A DNA stretch of 40,710 nucleotides from Enterobacteria phage HK140: the sequence record NC_019710.1; one strand, written 5' to 3'. The notes below the pieces were generated by a model, which was not told the origin of the DNA, ran no database searches, and worked only from the letters and a program-made list of their open reading frames with translations. Positions 8,522 through 18,643 of the stretch are shown in pieces; positions within the stretch are counted from its first letter, which is position 1, and every line of letters begins with the position of its first letter. The position numbers and the translations under genes are program-made.

Positions 8522-10942
8522 ATGGCTTCCAAATCACTGGGCACGCTGACGATCGACCTGATTGCCAAAGTGGGCGGTTTTGTCTCAGGCCTCTCGCAGG
8601 CTGAGCGAGCTTCACAAAAATGGCGTAAGCAGGTAAAGGAGGATGCCGCTGCCGCTGCAGCTGCCATGACCGGATTCGCAACAGCAGTCGGGGCTGCAGC
8701 CATCGGAGCCGGAGTGGCGGGGTATAACCTGCTCAAAACCACTTCACGTCAGATTACCGAATCAGACCGCTGGGCAAAGTCACTTAACATGTCCACGCAG
8801 TCCCTGTTAGCCTGGCAATATGCTGCAGAAAAAGCAGGTGTTTCCGGCGATCAGATGGCCGATATCTTTAAAGATGTCGGAGACAAAATCGGTGATGCCG
8901 TTCTTAATAAATCTGGTGAGGCGGTCGGTGCGCTGGACGCTCTGGGTTTGTCGGCTAAGAAACTGGCCGGAGAATCTCCCGACAAGCAACTCCTGGCTAT
9001 CAGCGACGCACTGGAGAAAGTTAAGTCCAACGCCGAGAAGACTACCATCCTGGAGAGTCTGGGTAATGACCTGTCAAAGATGCTGCCGCTCCTGGACAAT
9101 GGCAGTGAAAAGCTGCGTCAGTATATGGATGCCGCGAAGAAGTTTGGTGTGGCGCCCGATGACGCAGATATTGAAAAGCTGGTCAGAGTCAACGCCCTGT
9201 TTGAGGATATGGAGACGCAGGTCAACGGCGTCAAAATTGAACTTGCTGCAGGGCTCGCCAGCGTAGATTTGAGTGGGCTCCAGAAGTCTATTGGAGATAT
9301 GGGGGATGTATTTAAAGACCCGGCTGTTATTCAGGGTCTGACTGATCTGGTTGGTGGGGTAGTGGACCTTGCCACCTGGCTGGTAAGGGTAGGAGCCGAG
9401 GCCGGAAAGCTGATAGACCAGTACAAAGGTGGGAGTTCGGTCGGCCTGAATGCCTCCATTCCAGAAATTGAACGGCGCATCAAGAACCTGAATGCAGATC
9501 TCGATGATAAAGGCATACTGGCGAGTTTCAACAGAATAGGTATGGACGTATCCGGTAAGGAGGCCGAAAGGGCTGAGCTCCAGAGGCGACTGGCCTTTTT
9601 GAGAAACTCCCAATCTACTCTACCGAAAATAAAACTGCCCGAGCCAGTCAAAACAAACTATACCCTTGGCGCCGGGGAAACAAACGGTAAGCCGCAAAAA
9701 AATACCTCTGGTCAGAAACTGGATTCAGCGTTTAAAAGCGCTGAGCGCAGTTACATGCGTCAGATTGAGCTGATCGATACCACCGGCAAAAAAACTGCTG
9801 TTGTGACCGAGCAGCAAAAACTGCAGTTCGATATAGCTGACGGCAAGTTGCAGGGGCTTAACGAAACCCAGAAGAAACGACTTGCGTCTCTGGCTCAGGA
9901 AGTTGATCGCCTTAATGCCGTCAAAAAAGCTAATGAAGAAAACGCGAAGGTAGCGGCGTTCGTGGCAAATCTGCAGGAGCAGAACGAGAATGCACGTGCA
10001 GATTTGGGCGTGGATATTCAGGGGGCCGGACTCGGTGACAAGCAGCGTGAAAGGCTGAGGGAAAGGCTGAGTATAGAGCGCAGTTATCTCGATCAGCAGC
10101 GCGATCTGCAAAAGCAGTATCAGTCAGGAGATATCAGCCAGACAGTTTATGACCGCGAAACCCAGGCATTAAAGGATGCACAAGCTGAGAGGCTGGGCAT
10201 CCAGGAGGATTATTACAGTCAAATTGATGCGCTGCAGTCTGACTGGGTGACTGGCGCCAGAGACGGTCTCGCTGACTGGGTAGATGATTCAACTAACTAT
10301 GCGACGCTGGCGGCGGACGCTATGAAAAGCGCGCTTTCCGGTATCAGCAGCAATATCGTCGACATGCTCAACGGCAATAAAGCGAGCTGGAAAGACTGGG
10401 GTGTCAGTGTTCTGAAAATCATCGAACAGGTGATGGTTAACATGATGATCGCCAATGCAGCCAGCTCGATAGGCTCATTGTTCGGTGGTGCCGCATCGTC
10501 TTCCGCCAGCAGCGGTACTGCGATTCAGTCCTACGGGGCGAGCCTGCAATTCAACGCCAAAGGCGGCGTTTACTCTTCTGCCGATCTCAGTCAGTACAGT
10601 AACTCTGTCGTCAGCTCTCCAACACTGTTTGCCTTTGCCAAAGGGGCCGGATTGATGGGGGAGGCTGGGCCGGAGGCTATTATGCCACTGACCCGCGCCG
10701 CTGACGGATCGCTGGGCGTGCGTGCTATGGGAATCTCAGGCTTAACACCGGGTGGTAGTAGTGCTCCTCAGGTCAGTATTCAGATTGATGGCAATGGGAA
10801 TACCCAGACTCAGGCTAGCGGTGGATATGAGCAATTCGGGCGGGAGGTAGGTAGTTTTGTTGATCGGCGATACCGCGAGTTGATAGGCCGTGACCTTTCA
10901 CCCGGTGGCGCGGTCTGGAATCTGGCAAAAGGAGGGCGGTGA
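8522..10942 (+). CDS. H: Tail tape measure protein
   Basis: 806 aa, coiled-coil rich, downstream of G/GT. Confidence 0.9.
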   Translation: MASKSLGTLTIDLIAKVGGFVSGLSQAERASQKWRKQVKEDAAAAAAAMTGFATAVGAAAIGAGVAGYNLLKTTSRQITESDRWAKSLNMSTQSLLAWQYAAEKAGVSGDQMADIFKDVGDKIGDAVLNKSGEAVGALDALGLSAKKLAGESPDKQLLAISDALEKVKSNAEKTTILESLGNDLSKMLPLLDNGSEKLRQYMDAAKKFGVAPDDADIEKLVRVNALFEDMETQVNGVKIELAAGLASVDLSGLQKSIGDMGDVFKDPAVIQGLTDLVGGVVDLATWLVRVGAEAGKLIDQYKGGSSVGLNASIPEIERRIKNLNADLDDKGILASFNRIGMDVSGKEAERAELQRRLAFLRNSQSTLPKIKLPEPVKTNYTLGAGETNGKPQKNTSGQKLDSAFKSAERSYMRQIELIDTTGKKTAVVTEQQKLQFDIADGKLQGLNETQKKRLASLAQEVDRLNAVKKANEENAKVAAFVANLQEQNENARADLGVDIQGAGLGDKQRERLRERLSIERSYLDQQRDLQKQYQSGDISQTVYDRETQALKDAQAERLGIQEDYYSQIDALQSDWVTGARDGLADWVDDSTNYATLAADAMKSALSGISSNIVDMLNGNKASWKDWGVSVLKIIEQVMVNMMIANAASSIGSLFGGAASSSASSGTAIQSYGASLQFNAKGGVYSSADLSQYSNSVVSSPTLFAFAKGAGLMGEAGPEAIMPLTRAADGSLGVRAMGISGLTPGGSSAPQVSIQIDGNGNTQTQASGGYEQFGREVGSFVDRRYRELIGRDLSPGGAVWNLAKGGR

Positions 10943-11280
10943 TGGCTATAGAAACATTCAGCTGGTGTCCGCGCCCGAACGCGGAGCAGGAAGTGACATT
11001 CCGACGGCGCACCGCGCAGTTCGGTGACGGATATCAGCAGGTTTCCGGCGACGGGATTAATCCCCGCTCGCAGAAATGGACTCTCCAGTTTACCGGTACC
11101 GAAACGTATATCGGGGCGATTAAAGACTTTCTCGATCGCCATGCGGGCGTGACGGCGTTTCAGTGGCGCCCGCCGCTTGAGCCTCTCGGGCTTTACCGCT
11201 GCGACACCTACACACCAACGCCACTTGGTGCCGGGTTATTTAATCTTTCTGCAACTTTTGAACAGGCCTACAAACCATGA
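10939..11280 (+). CDS. M: Minor tail protein M
   Basis: 113 aa at the lambda M position; overlapping stop and start. Confidence 0.8.
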   Translation: MMAIETFSWCPRPNAEQEVTFRRRTAQFGDGYQQVSGDGINPRSQKWTLQFTGTETYIGAIKDFLDRHAGVTAFQWRPPLEPLGLYRCDTYTPTPLGAGLFNLSATFEQAYKP

Positions 11281-12032
11281 GTCTTAACGCAGATTTTCAG
11301 AAGCTCGAACCTGGCGATGTGGTCAGGCTTTTCGAAGTGGATGGCACGGCATTTGGTACAGGTGATGTGCTGCGATTTCACAGCTACAGTCTTGCGCACT
11401 CTGAAGCCGAAATTATCGCTGCTGGCGGTGATGAAAATAAACTGCCAGCAAAATCTATCTGGTGGCAGGGTGAGGAGTATAAAGCGTGGCCATGCCAGAT
11501 TGAGGGGATCGAAGCTTCAACCTCGGGAAGTAGTGCCCAGCCAAAACTTTCGGTTGCTAACCTCGACAGTTCGATCACCGCGCTTTGCCTGGCTTACGAC
11601 GATATGCTGCAGGCGAAGGTGACGATACATGACACCCTTGGTAAGTATCTCGATGCGAGAAACTTCACCGGAGGCAATCCGACAGCCGATCCGACCCAGG
11701 AGAAGCTGAAGGTTTTCTACATCGATGCAAAGAGCAGTGAAAACAATGAAGTTGTTGAGTTCACACTATCCAGCCCTATGGATCTGCAGGGGCTGATGAT
11801 ACCTACCCGCCAGCTTCATTCTCTGTGCACATGGTGCATCCGGAACAAGTACCGAACCGGCGACGGCTGCGACTATGCAGGTACGCGCTATTTCGACAAA
11901 AACAACAACCAGGTAAGCGATCCGTCACTGGATGAATGCAACGGAACGCTGACGGCCTGCAAACTTCGGTTCGGTGAAAACAACGAACTCTCGTTTGGTG
12001 GGTTCCCGGGTACGTCGCTGATCAGGAGTTGA
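11277..12032 (+). CDS. L: Minor tail protein L
   Basis: 251 aa with a Cys cluster (CTWCIRNKYRTGDGCDYAG...C) typical of lambda L. Confidence 0.85.
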   Translation: MSLNADFQKLEPGDVVRLFEVDGTAFGTGDVLRFHSYSLAHSEAEIIAAGGDENKLPAKSIWWQGEEYKAWPCQIEGIEASTSGSSAQPKLSVANLDSSITALCLAYDDMLQAKVTIHDTLGKYLDARNFTGGNPTADPTQEKLKVFYIDAKSSENNEVVEFTLSSPMDLQGLMIPTRQLHSLCTWCIRNKYRTGDGCDYAGTRYFDKNNNQVSDPSLDECNGTLTACKLRFGENNELSFGGFPGTSLIRS

Positions 12033-12033
12033 T

Positions 12034-12744
12034 ATGCGTCAGAAAACCATCGATGCGATTATGGCGCATGCTGCAGCTGAATATCCTCGTGAGTGTTGCG
12101 GCGTGGTGGCGCAAAAGAGCCGGGTAGAGAAATATTTTCCATGTAGTAACCTCGCTACCGAGCCGACAGAACATTTTCACCTGTCGCCAGAAGACTATGC
12201 AGCTGCTGAGGACTGGGGTACGGTGATCGCCATCGTTCACAGTCACCCTGACGCCACTACGCAGCCGAGCGAACTGGATAAAGCGCAATGCGACGCAACG
12301 CTTTTACCCTGGCATATTGTGAGCTGGCCGGAGGGGGATTTACGCACCATCCAGCCGCGCGGAGAACTGCCACTGCTGGAGCGTCCGTTTGTGCTTGGAC
12401 ACTTCGACTGCTGGGGGCTGGTAATGAGCTATTTCCGGCAAACGCATGGTATCGAGCTCCACGATTACCGGGTGGATTATCCCTGGTGGGAAAACGCCTA
12501 TCCGGACAATTTTTATCAGGATTGCTGGTATGAATGCGGATTCAGGGAGTTTGACGGCCCGCCTCAGGAAGGGGACCTCGTCATCATGCAGGTGCAGGCC
12601 GATAAGTGGAATCATGCCGGGATTTTACTGGAGGGTAACATGCTGCTGCACCACCTGTACGGACATCTGAGCCAGCGCGTGCCGTATGGTGGCTACTGGC
12701 AGGAAAGGACGATGAAGATTCTACGTTACAAATCTCTGTGCTAA
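12034..12744 (+). CDS. K: Tail assembly protein K (JAB/MPN plus NlpC/P60 type)
   Basis: 236 aa; HSHP motif (IVHSHPD) and a Cys/His region; lambda K position. Confidence 0.85.
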   Translation: MRQKTIDAIMAHAAAEYPRECCGVVAQKSRVEKYFPCSNLATEPTEHFHLSPEDYAAAEDWGTVIAIVHSHPDATTQPSELDKAQCDATLLPWHIVSWPEGDLRTIQPRGELPLLERPFVLGHFDCWGLVMSYFRQTHGIELHDYRVDYPWWENAYPDNFYQDCWYECGFREFDGPPQEGDLVIMQVQADKWNHAGILLEGNMLLHHLYGHLSQRVPYGGYWQERTMKILRYKSLC

Positions 12745-12773
12745 CCTTTTGCAAAACCAAAGGGGATAGGGAT

Positions 12774-13115
12774 ATGAAAAAAACATTATTGACACTTTCT
12801 TTGATAATCATGGCTGGTTGTTCGAGTATGCAGGATCTCCGGAAGGAACCAGCGTCAAATACTTTTCAATCGAAGAAACAAATTGACGCAGTAGCTGAAT
12901 GCATACTCTCTGGCTGGCAAGAAGAAAGCCAAAAATATGGAAGCGTTTTTATTCAGCCTTATGACGGTGGTAAAACTGTATTTACACAATCTCAACTTGA
13001 GATGGTTGATTTAATATCGGACGGCGGAATTACCAAGATTGAATTCCGTCATCAAGGTGGGCTATTTGCTTATCGAATAAACAGCCGGATTAAAGTAATA
13101 GAACGCTGTATCTAA
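12774..13115 (+). CDS. Lipoprotein moron between K and I
   Basis: 113 aa starting MKKTLLTLSLIIMAGCSS (signal peptide plus lipobox Cys); RBS AGGGGATAGGG; its own terminator follows at 13125-13148. Confidence 0.6.
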   Translation: MKKTLLTLSLIIMAGCSSMQDLRKEPASNTFQSKKQIDAVAECILSGWQEESQKYGSVFIQPYDGGKTVFTQSQLEMVDLISDGGITKIEFRHQGGLFAYRINSRIKVIERCI

Positions 13116-13124
13116 CCAAGACTT

Positions 13125-13148
13125 AACCCGCTTCGGCGGGTTTTTTTA
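13125..13148 (+). terminator. Intrinsic terminator
   Basis: Hairpin CCCGC-ttcg-GCGGG followed by TTTTTTT. Confidence 0.75.
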
Positions 13149-13158
13149 TGGTGAGAAT

Positions 13159-13767
13159 ATGAAAGAAGTAATGACAACAATTCAGCTCGGCGGAGTGTTA
13201 GGAAAGACATTCGGTAGAACCCATCAACGACTGATAGCGCGAACTGGTGAAGCTGCTATTGCTTTAAGTAAAACATTGCCCGGTTTCGAAAGTTTCATGA
13301 TCAGCAGTAAACGTCGCGGATTAACTTTCGCGGTGTTCAAAGGGAAAAGAAATATTGCCGCAGATGAGATGGGTTTTCCCTCTGAAGGCGATGTAGTAAG
13401 GATTATGCCTGTAATTATCGGTAGTAAACGCGCTGGTCTTTTGCAGACAATCCTGGGGGCCGTGCTTATTACTGCTGCTGTATTGACTGGCCCTGGCGGT
13501 ATTGGCGCTGCTTTCGCTGCTGGTGGATTGACGGGGTTTGCTGCTGCCACTGGCGCCTCGTTGGTCCTCGGTGGGGTTATTCAGCTTCTTTCACCGCAGC
13601 CATCAGGCATAGCCAGTAAACAAAGCGCAGATAACCGTGCATCGTATGCGTTTGGCGGGGTAACCAACACTGCAGCGCAAGGCTACCCGGTGCCTCTGCT
13701 TTATGGTAAGCGTCGAATCGGCGGAGCGATTATTTCTGCCGGAATTTATGTCGAAGATCAGCAGTAG
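13159..13767 (+). CDS. I: Tail assembly protein I
   Basis: 202 aa with a Gly/Ala-rich C-terminal half; position between K and J. Confidence 0.8.
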   Translation: MKEVMTTIQLGGVLGKTFGRTHQRLIARTGEAAIALSKTLPGFESFMISSKRRGLTFAVFKGKRNIAADEMGFPSEGDVVRIMPVIIGSKRAGLLQTILGAVLITAAVLTGPGGIGAAFAAGGLTGFAAATGASLVLGGVIQLLSPQPSGIASKQSADNRASYAFGGVTNTAAQGYPVPLLYGKRRIGGAIISAGIYVEDQQ

Positions 13768-13786
13768 ATAACTAACCTTTTTTCTG

Positions 13787-13809
13787 GCCACCTTCGGGTG
13801 GCTTTTTTA
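13787..13809 (+). terminator. Intrinsic terminator
   Basis: Hairpin GCCACC-ttcg-GGTGGC followed by TTTTTT. Confidence 0.7.
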
Positions 13810-13819
13810 TGGGCGCAAT

Positions 13820-16800
13820 ATGGCTACAGATAAAGTGTTAAAAGGCCGCAAGGGCGGCAGCTCAAGTTCCCGAACTCCTACCGAACAGCCTGATGATCTG
13901 CAATCTGTAGCGAAGGCAAAAATCCTCGTTGCGCTTGGGGAAGGTGAGTTTGCAGGGCAGCTCACCGGCAAAGATATCTACCTGGACGGAACAGCGCTGG
14001 AGAATGCTGACGGCTCCCAAAACTTCAGCGGGGTAACGTGGGAGTTTCGCGCGGGAACTCAGGCGCAAAAATATATTCAGGGTATTCCCGGTACCGAAAA
14101 CGAGATCAGCGTAGGAACTGAGGTATCAAGTGCCACAGCCTGGACGCGCACGTTTACCAATACGCAGCTTTCAGCAGTTCGCCTGCGTCTTAAATGGCCC
14201 TCGCTTTTCAAACAGGAAGACGACGGCGATCTGGTGGGTTACTCGGTCAATTATGCGATTGACCTACAGACGGACGGCGGCACATGGCAGACGGTACTCA
14301 ATACCAGCGTGACCGGTAAAACGACCTCAGGTTATGAGCGCAGCCACCGTATCGATTTACCGCAGGCTGGCAGCACCTGGACAATACGTCTGCGTAAGAT
14401 TACCTCTGACGCCAACAGCGCGAAGATCGGCGACACGATGATGCTGCAGAGCTTCACCGAGGTGATTGACGCCAAACTGCGCTACCCGAACACCGCGCTG
14501 CTCTACGTCGAATTCGACTCAAGCCAGTTCAACGGCTCTATTCCTCAAATTTCATGCGAACCGCGCGGCCGCGTTATCCGCGTTCCAGATACCTACGACC
14601 CTGAAACCCGCACTTATAGCGGTACATGGACCGGTGCGTTTAAGTGGGCATGGACGGATAACCCTGCGTGGATTTTTTACGACCTGGTTGTTTCTGACCG
14701 GTTCGGCCTTGGGCACCGTTTGACCGCTGCGAATATTGATAAATGGACGCTTTATCAGGTTGCTCAGTATTGTGATCAGATGGTACCAGACGGCAAAGGG
14801 GGCAATGGTACAGAACCACGTTATACCTGCAACGTGTACATTCAGGACCGGAACGACGCCTACACAGTCCTGCGTGATTTTGCCGCTATCTTCCGTGGCA
14901 TGACCTACTGGGGCGGGGATCAGATTGTGGCCCTGGCTGACATGCCGCGCGATGTTGATTACAGCTATACGCGCGCTAACGTTGTTGGCGGTCGCTTCAC
15001 CTATTCGAGCAGCACCACGAAAAGCCGCTACACCACAGCGCTGGTTTCATGGTCAGACCCGGGTAACGCTTATGCCGACGCGATGGAGCCGGTATTTGAG
15101 CAGGCGCTGGTGGCGCGGTACGGCTTCAATCAGCTGGAAATGACAGCCATCGGCTGCACCAGGCAGTCAGAGGCGAACCGAAAGGGGCGCTGGGGTATTC
15201 TCACCAATAACAAGGATCGCGTTGTTTCGTTTGATGTCGGGCTGGACGGAAACATTCCGCAGCCGGGCTACATCATCGCCGTGGCAGACGAGCTGCTTTC
15301 CGGAAAGGTTATGGGCGGCCGCATCAGCGCCGTTAACGGTCGCGTTATCAAACTTGACCGCGTAGCTGATGCAGCACCAGGTGATCGCCTTATTCTCAAC
15401 CTTCCCTCCGGAGCGTCGCAGAGCAGGACCATTCAGGCCGTGAACGGGGAATCAGTCACAGTCACCACGGCATACAGTGAGACGCCACAGGCCGAAGCTG
15501 TTTGGGTGGTTGAATCTGACGAGCTTTACGCGCAGCAGTATCGTGTTGTCAGCGTTTCCGATAACAATGATGGCACTTTCTCGATTACCGGCGCATGGCA
15601 CGACCCGGATAAATATGCCTGTATCGATACCGGAGCCATCATTGACCAACGGCCGGTGAGCGTGATCCCGCCGGGCAACCAGTCGCCGCCTGCGAATATC
15701 GTGATCAGCTCGTTTTCCGTGGTTCAGCAAAATATCAGCGTCGAAACAATGCGCGTGAGCTGGGACCAGGCGCAGAACGCTATCGCCTATGAAGCGCAAT
15801 GGCGCCGCAACGACGGGAACTGGGTTAACGTGCCGCGCACCTCCACCACGTCATTCGACGTCCCGGGGATTTATGCCGGGCGCTACCTGGTGCGGGTGCG
15901 CGCAATCAATGCCGCAGAAATTTCATCCGGATGGGGCTATTCAGAAGAGAAAACGCTGACGGGTAAAGTGGGCAATCCACCGAAGCCGGTTGGCTTTATC
16001 GCCTCTGAAAACGTGGTGTTCGGTATCGAGCTGAACTGGGGATTCCCGGCGAATACCGACGACACGCTGAAGACGGAAATTCAGTACAGCCTGACCGGGA
16101 GCGAAGATGATGCCATTCTTCTGAGCGATGTTCCCTATCCGCAGCGCAAGTATCAGCAGATGGGCCTGAAGGCGGGGCAAATTTTCTGGTACCGGGCGCA
16201 GCTGGTGGACAGGACAGGCAATGAGTCGGGTTATACCGACTGGGTACGTGGACAGGCCAGTATCGATGTGTCGGATATCACCGATGTTATCCTGGAGGAC
16301 ATTAAAGAATCGGACACGTTCAAGGAACTGATCGAAAGCGCAGTAGACAGCAACGAAAAAATTGCTGGTATGGCTGACGATATCAGACAGAACGCTGACG
16401 ATCTGGAGCAACAGGCGCTGGCCATCAAGGAAAACGCCGATGGGCTCGCCCAGGCCGAGGTGAAGATTGACGAAATCTCTGTCTCGATGGATGGCATGAC
16501 GGGAGGCGTTAAAAACTCCTCTATCGCGGTTATTCAGAACAGCCTCGCGCAGGTCACCAGCCGTCGATCCCAGACAGCCACCAACGCCGGGAACAGCGCC
16601 AGCATCGACCGTATCGATACCACCATTGCAGATACCAGCCAGGCGGTTGCCCGTGCGCTGGTTACGCTTGATGCTTCTGCCGGTGGTAATGTCTCAAACG
16701 CGACCGATCTCACCGAAACCCTTGCTGATTTCACGCAGGCCTCGGCCACGAAAATCAACTCCCTGACGGTTACGGTAAACGGCCAGACAGCGGCTATTAA

Positions 16801-17275
16801 CCAGACCGCGCAGGCGGTGGCTGATGTGAACGGTAACCTCAGCGCGATGTACAACATCAAGGTTGGTGTCTCCAGCAACGGGCAGTATTACGCCGCGGGG
16901 ATGGGTATCGGCGTGGAGAATACGCCATCCGGCATGCAGTCACAGGTAATCTTCCTGGCAGACCGTTTCGCCGTGACTACTATGGTCGGCGGGACTGTAA
17001 CACTGCCGTTCGTTATCCAGAATGGCCAGGCCATTATCAGGGATACAGTCATTGGCGACGGGACCATAAGCAATGCAAAAATTGGCAATTACATCCAGTC
17101 GAACAATTATGTTGCCGGCTCTGTTGGCTGGAAACTGGATAAGTCCGGGACGTTTGAGAACTACGGTTCGACAGCTGGGGAGGGAGCCATGAAGCAGACC
17201 AACCAGACAATCAGCGTCAAGGATGACAACAACGTTCTGAGAGTGCAGTTTGGCCGATTAACGGGGGTGTTCTGA
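13820..17275 (+). CDS. J: Host specificity protein J (central tail fibre)
   Basis: 1151 aa, the largest ORF, following I. Confidence 0.9.
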   Translation: MATDKVLKGRKGGSSSSRTPTEQPDDLQSVAKAKILVALGEGEFAGQLTGKDIYLDGTALENADGSQNFSGVTWEFRAGTQAQKYIQGIPGTENEISVGTEVSSATAWTRTFTNTQLSAVRLRLKWPSLFKQEDDGDLVGYSVNYAIDLQTDGGTWQTVLNTSVTGKTTSGYERSHRIDLPQAGSTWTIRLRKITSDANSAKIGDTMMLQSFTEVIDAKLRYPNTALLYVEFDSSQFNGSIPQISCEPRGRVIRVPDTYDPETRTYSGTWTGAFKWAWTDNPAWIFYDLVVSDRFGLGHRLTAANIDKWTLYQVAQYCDQMVPDGKGGNGTEPRYTCNVYIQDRNDAYTVLRDFAAIFRGMTYWGGDQIVALADMPRDVDYSYTRANVVGGRFTYSSSTTKSRYTTALVSWSDPGNAYADAMEPVFEQALVARYGFNQLEMTAIGCTRQSEANRKGRWGILTNNKDRVVSFDVGLDGNIPQPGYIIAVADELLSGKVMGGRISAVNGRVIKLDRVADAAPGDRLILNLPSGASQSRTIQAVNGESVTVTTAYSETPQAEAVWVVESDELYAQQYRVVSVSDNNDGTFSITGAWHDPDKYACIDTGAIIDQRPVSVIPPGNQSPPANIVISSFSVVQQNISVETMRVSWDQAQNAIAYEAQWRRNDGNWVNVPRTSTTSFDVPGIYAGRYLVRVRAINAAEISSGWGYSEEKTLTGKVGNPPKPVGFIASENVVFGIELNWGFPANTDDTLKTEIQYSLTGSEDDAILLSDVPYPQRKYQQMGLKAGQIFWYRAQLVDRTGNESGYTDWVRGQASIDVSDITDVILEDIKESDTFKELIESAVDSNEKIAGMADDIRQNADDLEQQALAIKENADGLAQAEVKIDEISVSMDGMTGGVKNSSIAVIQNSLAQVTSRRSQTATNAGNSASIDRIDTTIADTSQAVARALVTLDASAGGNVSNATDLTETLADFTQASATKINSLTVTVNGQTAAINQTAQAVADVNGNLSAMYNIKVGVSSNGQYYAAGMGIGVENTPSGMQSQVIFLADRFAVTTMVGGTVTLPFVIQNGQAIIRDTVIGDGTISNAKIGNYIQSNNYVAGSVGWKLDKSGTFENYGSTAGEGAMKQTNQTISVKDDNNVLRVQFGRLTGVF

Positions 17276-17276
17276 T

Positions 17277-17579
17277 ATGGCTTATGGAATACAGACCTGG
17301 GATGCTTCAGGAAAACCCAACAACTATGGCATCAAACCCGTTTCCGTCGTTGGACGTATACAACTTGCCGCCGGACAAAACTCCGGCAGCTGGTCTTTCA
17401 CTGTACCCTCAGGAATGAAGGTCGGTTTTGCGCTCTCACTTGATGAAGGAGGTAACAGCGTAGGGAGGAGCATTGTCGCGTCAGGGAACACAATAACCGT
17501 AACCGCAGCCTCTTCTGTGGGCCTGGGTAATTACCCGGCCTCTAAATGTGAGGTGGTCGTTTTCATGGAGAAAGCATAA
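17277..17579 (+). CDS. Hypothetical tail-associated protein with WDASGK motif
   Basis: 100 aa; start 2 nt after the J stop; shares the motif WDASGK with the next ORF. Confidence 0.4.
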   Translation: MAYGIQTWDASGKPNNYGIKPVSVVGRIQLAAGQNSGSWSFTVPSGMKVGFALSLDEGGNSVGRSIVASGNTITVTAASSVGLGNYPASKCEVVVFMEKA

Positions 17580-18253
17580 TGGCCGAATTTGGCGCGATGA
17601 TATTAATGGATAACGGGAATCCCTTTGTAACGCCACAATCAACGCCTTTCTGTCTTTACGGGAAGTATACCTTCAATTCATCCGCGAATGGCAGTTCTCA
17701 GCAGGTTGCTCAAAATATCGCTTTAAACGCTGATTACCCAGTGATGGTTTTTATCAAGACCACCAATACAGCACAGCCCACTCCGGTTATGTCTTACAGG
17801 AACGGCGGTAATGTGTATGTTGCTGGTGTTAATCCCTACAACCAAAGTTTCACTTTAACGTCGTACGTTTTTGCCATATTCCCGCAGATATTACCGAAAT
17901 GGGGTTTGGCAATATGGGATGCGAGCGGAAAGCTTGTGTTAACTAATGAGTCCCGTGTGCTATCAGACCTGCAGACGGTTGGCACGCCTGGTGCAAACGG
18001 CGGGATAAATATTGACCAGACGCTGAGCGGGTCATGGGCCGTTGCACCTGCTCAGTTGGGTCAGACCATCATTGTGAATAATTCAACCCAGCCTCCGACT
18101 ATCTACACGATAAATGCTTATTCTTCATGCAGGTTTGACGGGGCCAATACGAGGATAAACGCAGGGGGGACCTCCACTGGGGCAGGTTCACCTGGAGGGG
18201 GAACGAATACTGGCATTTCATTAACCGCCATAAATACAGCGGCCTATGATTGA
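17579..18253 (+). CDS. Hypothetical tail-associated protein with WDASGK motif
   Basis: 224 aa; start overlaps the upstream stop; Gly-rich C-terminus. Confidence 0.4.
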   Translation: MAEFGAMILMDNGNPFVTPQSTPFCLYGKYTFNSSANGSSQQVAQNIALNADYPVMVFIKTTNTAQPTPVMSYRNGGNVYVAGVNPYNQSFTLTSYVFAIFPQILPKWGLAIWDASGKLVLTNESRVLSDLQTVGTPGANGGINIDQTLSGSWAVAPAQLGQTIIVNNSTQPPTIYTINAYSSCRFDGANTRINAGGTSTGAGSPGGGTNTGISLTAINTAAYD

Positions 18254-18364
18254 TTGATCGTTTTTAGCGATCAATAACATAATATTGATCTATCCAATCA
18301 ATTATACCCACCAGAATTGTATTGGTATCGTCTAAGATACTGAATTCCTCTGGATACTATCAAA

Positions 18365-18598
18365 ATGAGAAAACTGATTATCTGCATGGCAGGCGCTGTC
18401 ATGCTTACAGGATGCGCTGGCGTAATTGAGAAACAGGAACCAGTTTGCAGCGGCACTGCAATCGTTGGCGGTCAGGAAACTACGGTTCAGATTTACGGTG
18501 TGCGTAAACAAAACAACCAGACGCAGTACCGGGCTGGATATCCTTTCAGCTGGCGCTGGGTAAGTGCGAATACATTTACCGAAACAACCTGCAAATAA
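18365..18598 (+). CDS. Small lipoprotein, candidate Cor-like superinfection exclusion protein
   Basis: 77 aa starting MRKLIICMAGAVMLTGC (lipobox); sits downstream of the J region where cor is found in phi80/N15-type phages; terminator follows. Confidence 0.5.
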   Translation: MRKLIICMAGAVMLTGCAGVIEKQEPVCSGTAIVGGQETTVQIYGVRKQNNQTQYRAGYPFSWRWVSANTFTETTCK

Positions 18599-18619
18599 CC
18601 CACTACGCTTAAACATAAA

Positions 18620-18643
18620 CCTCGCTCCGGCGGGGTTTTTTTA
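18620..18643 (+). terminator. Intrinsic terminator
   Basis: Hairpin CCTCGC-tccg-GCGGGG (one G-U pair) followed by TTTTTTT. Confidence 0.7.
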
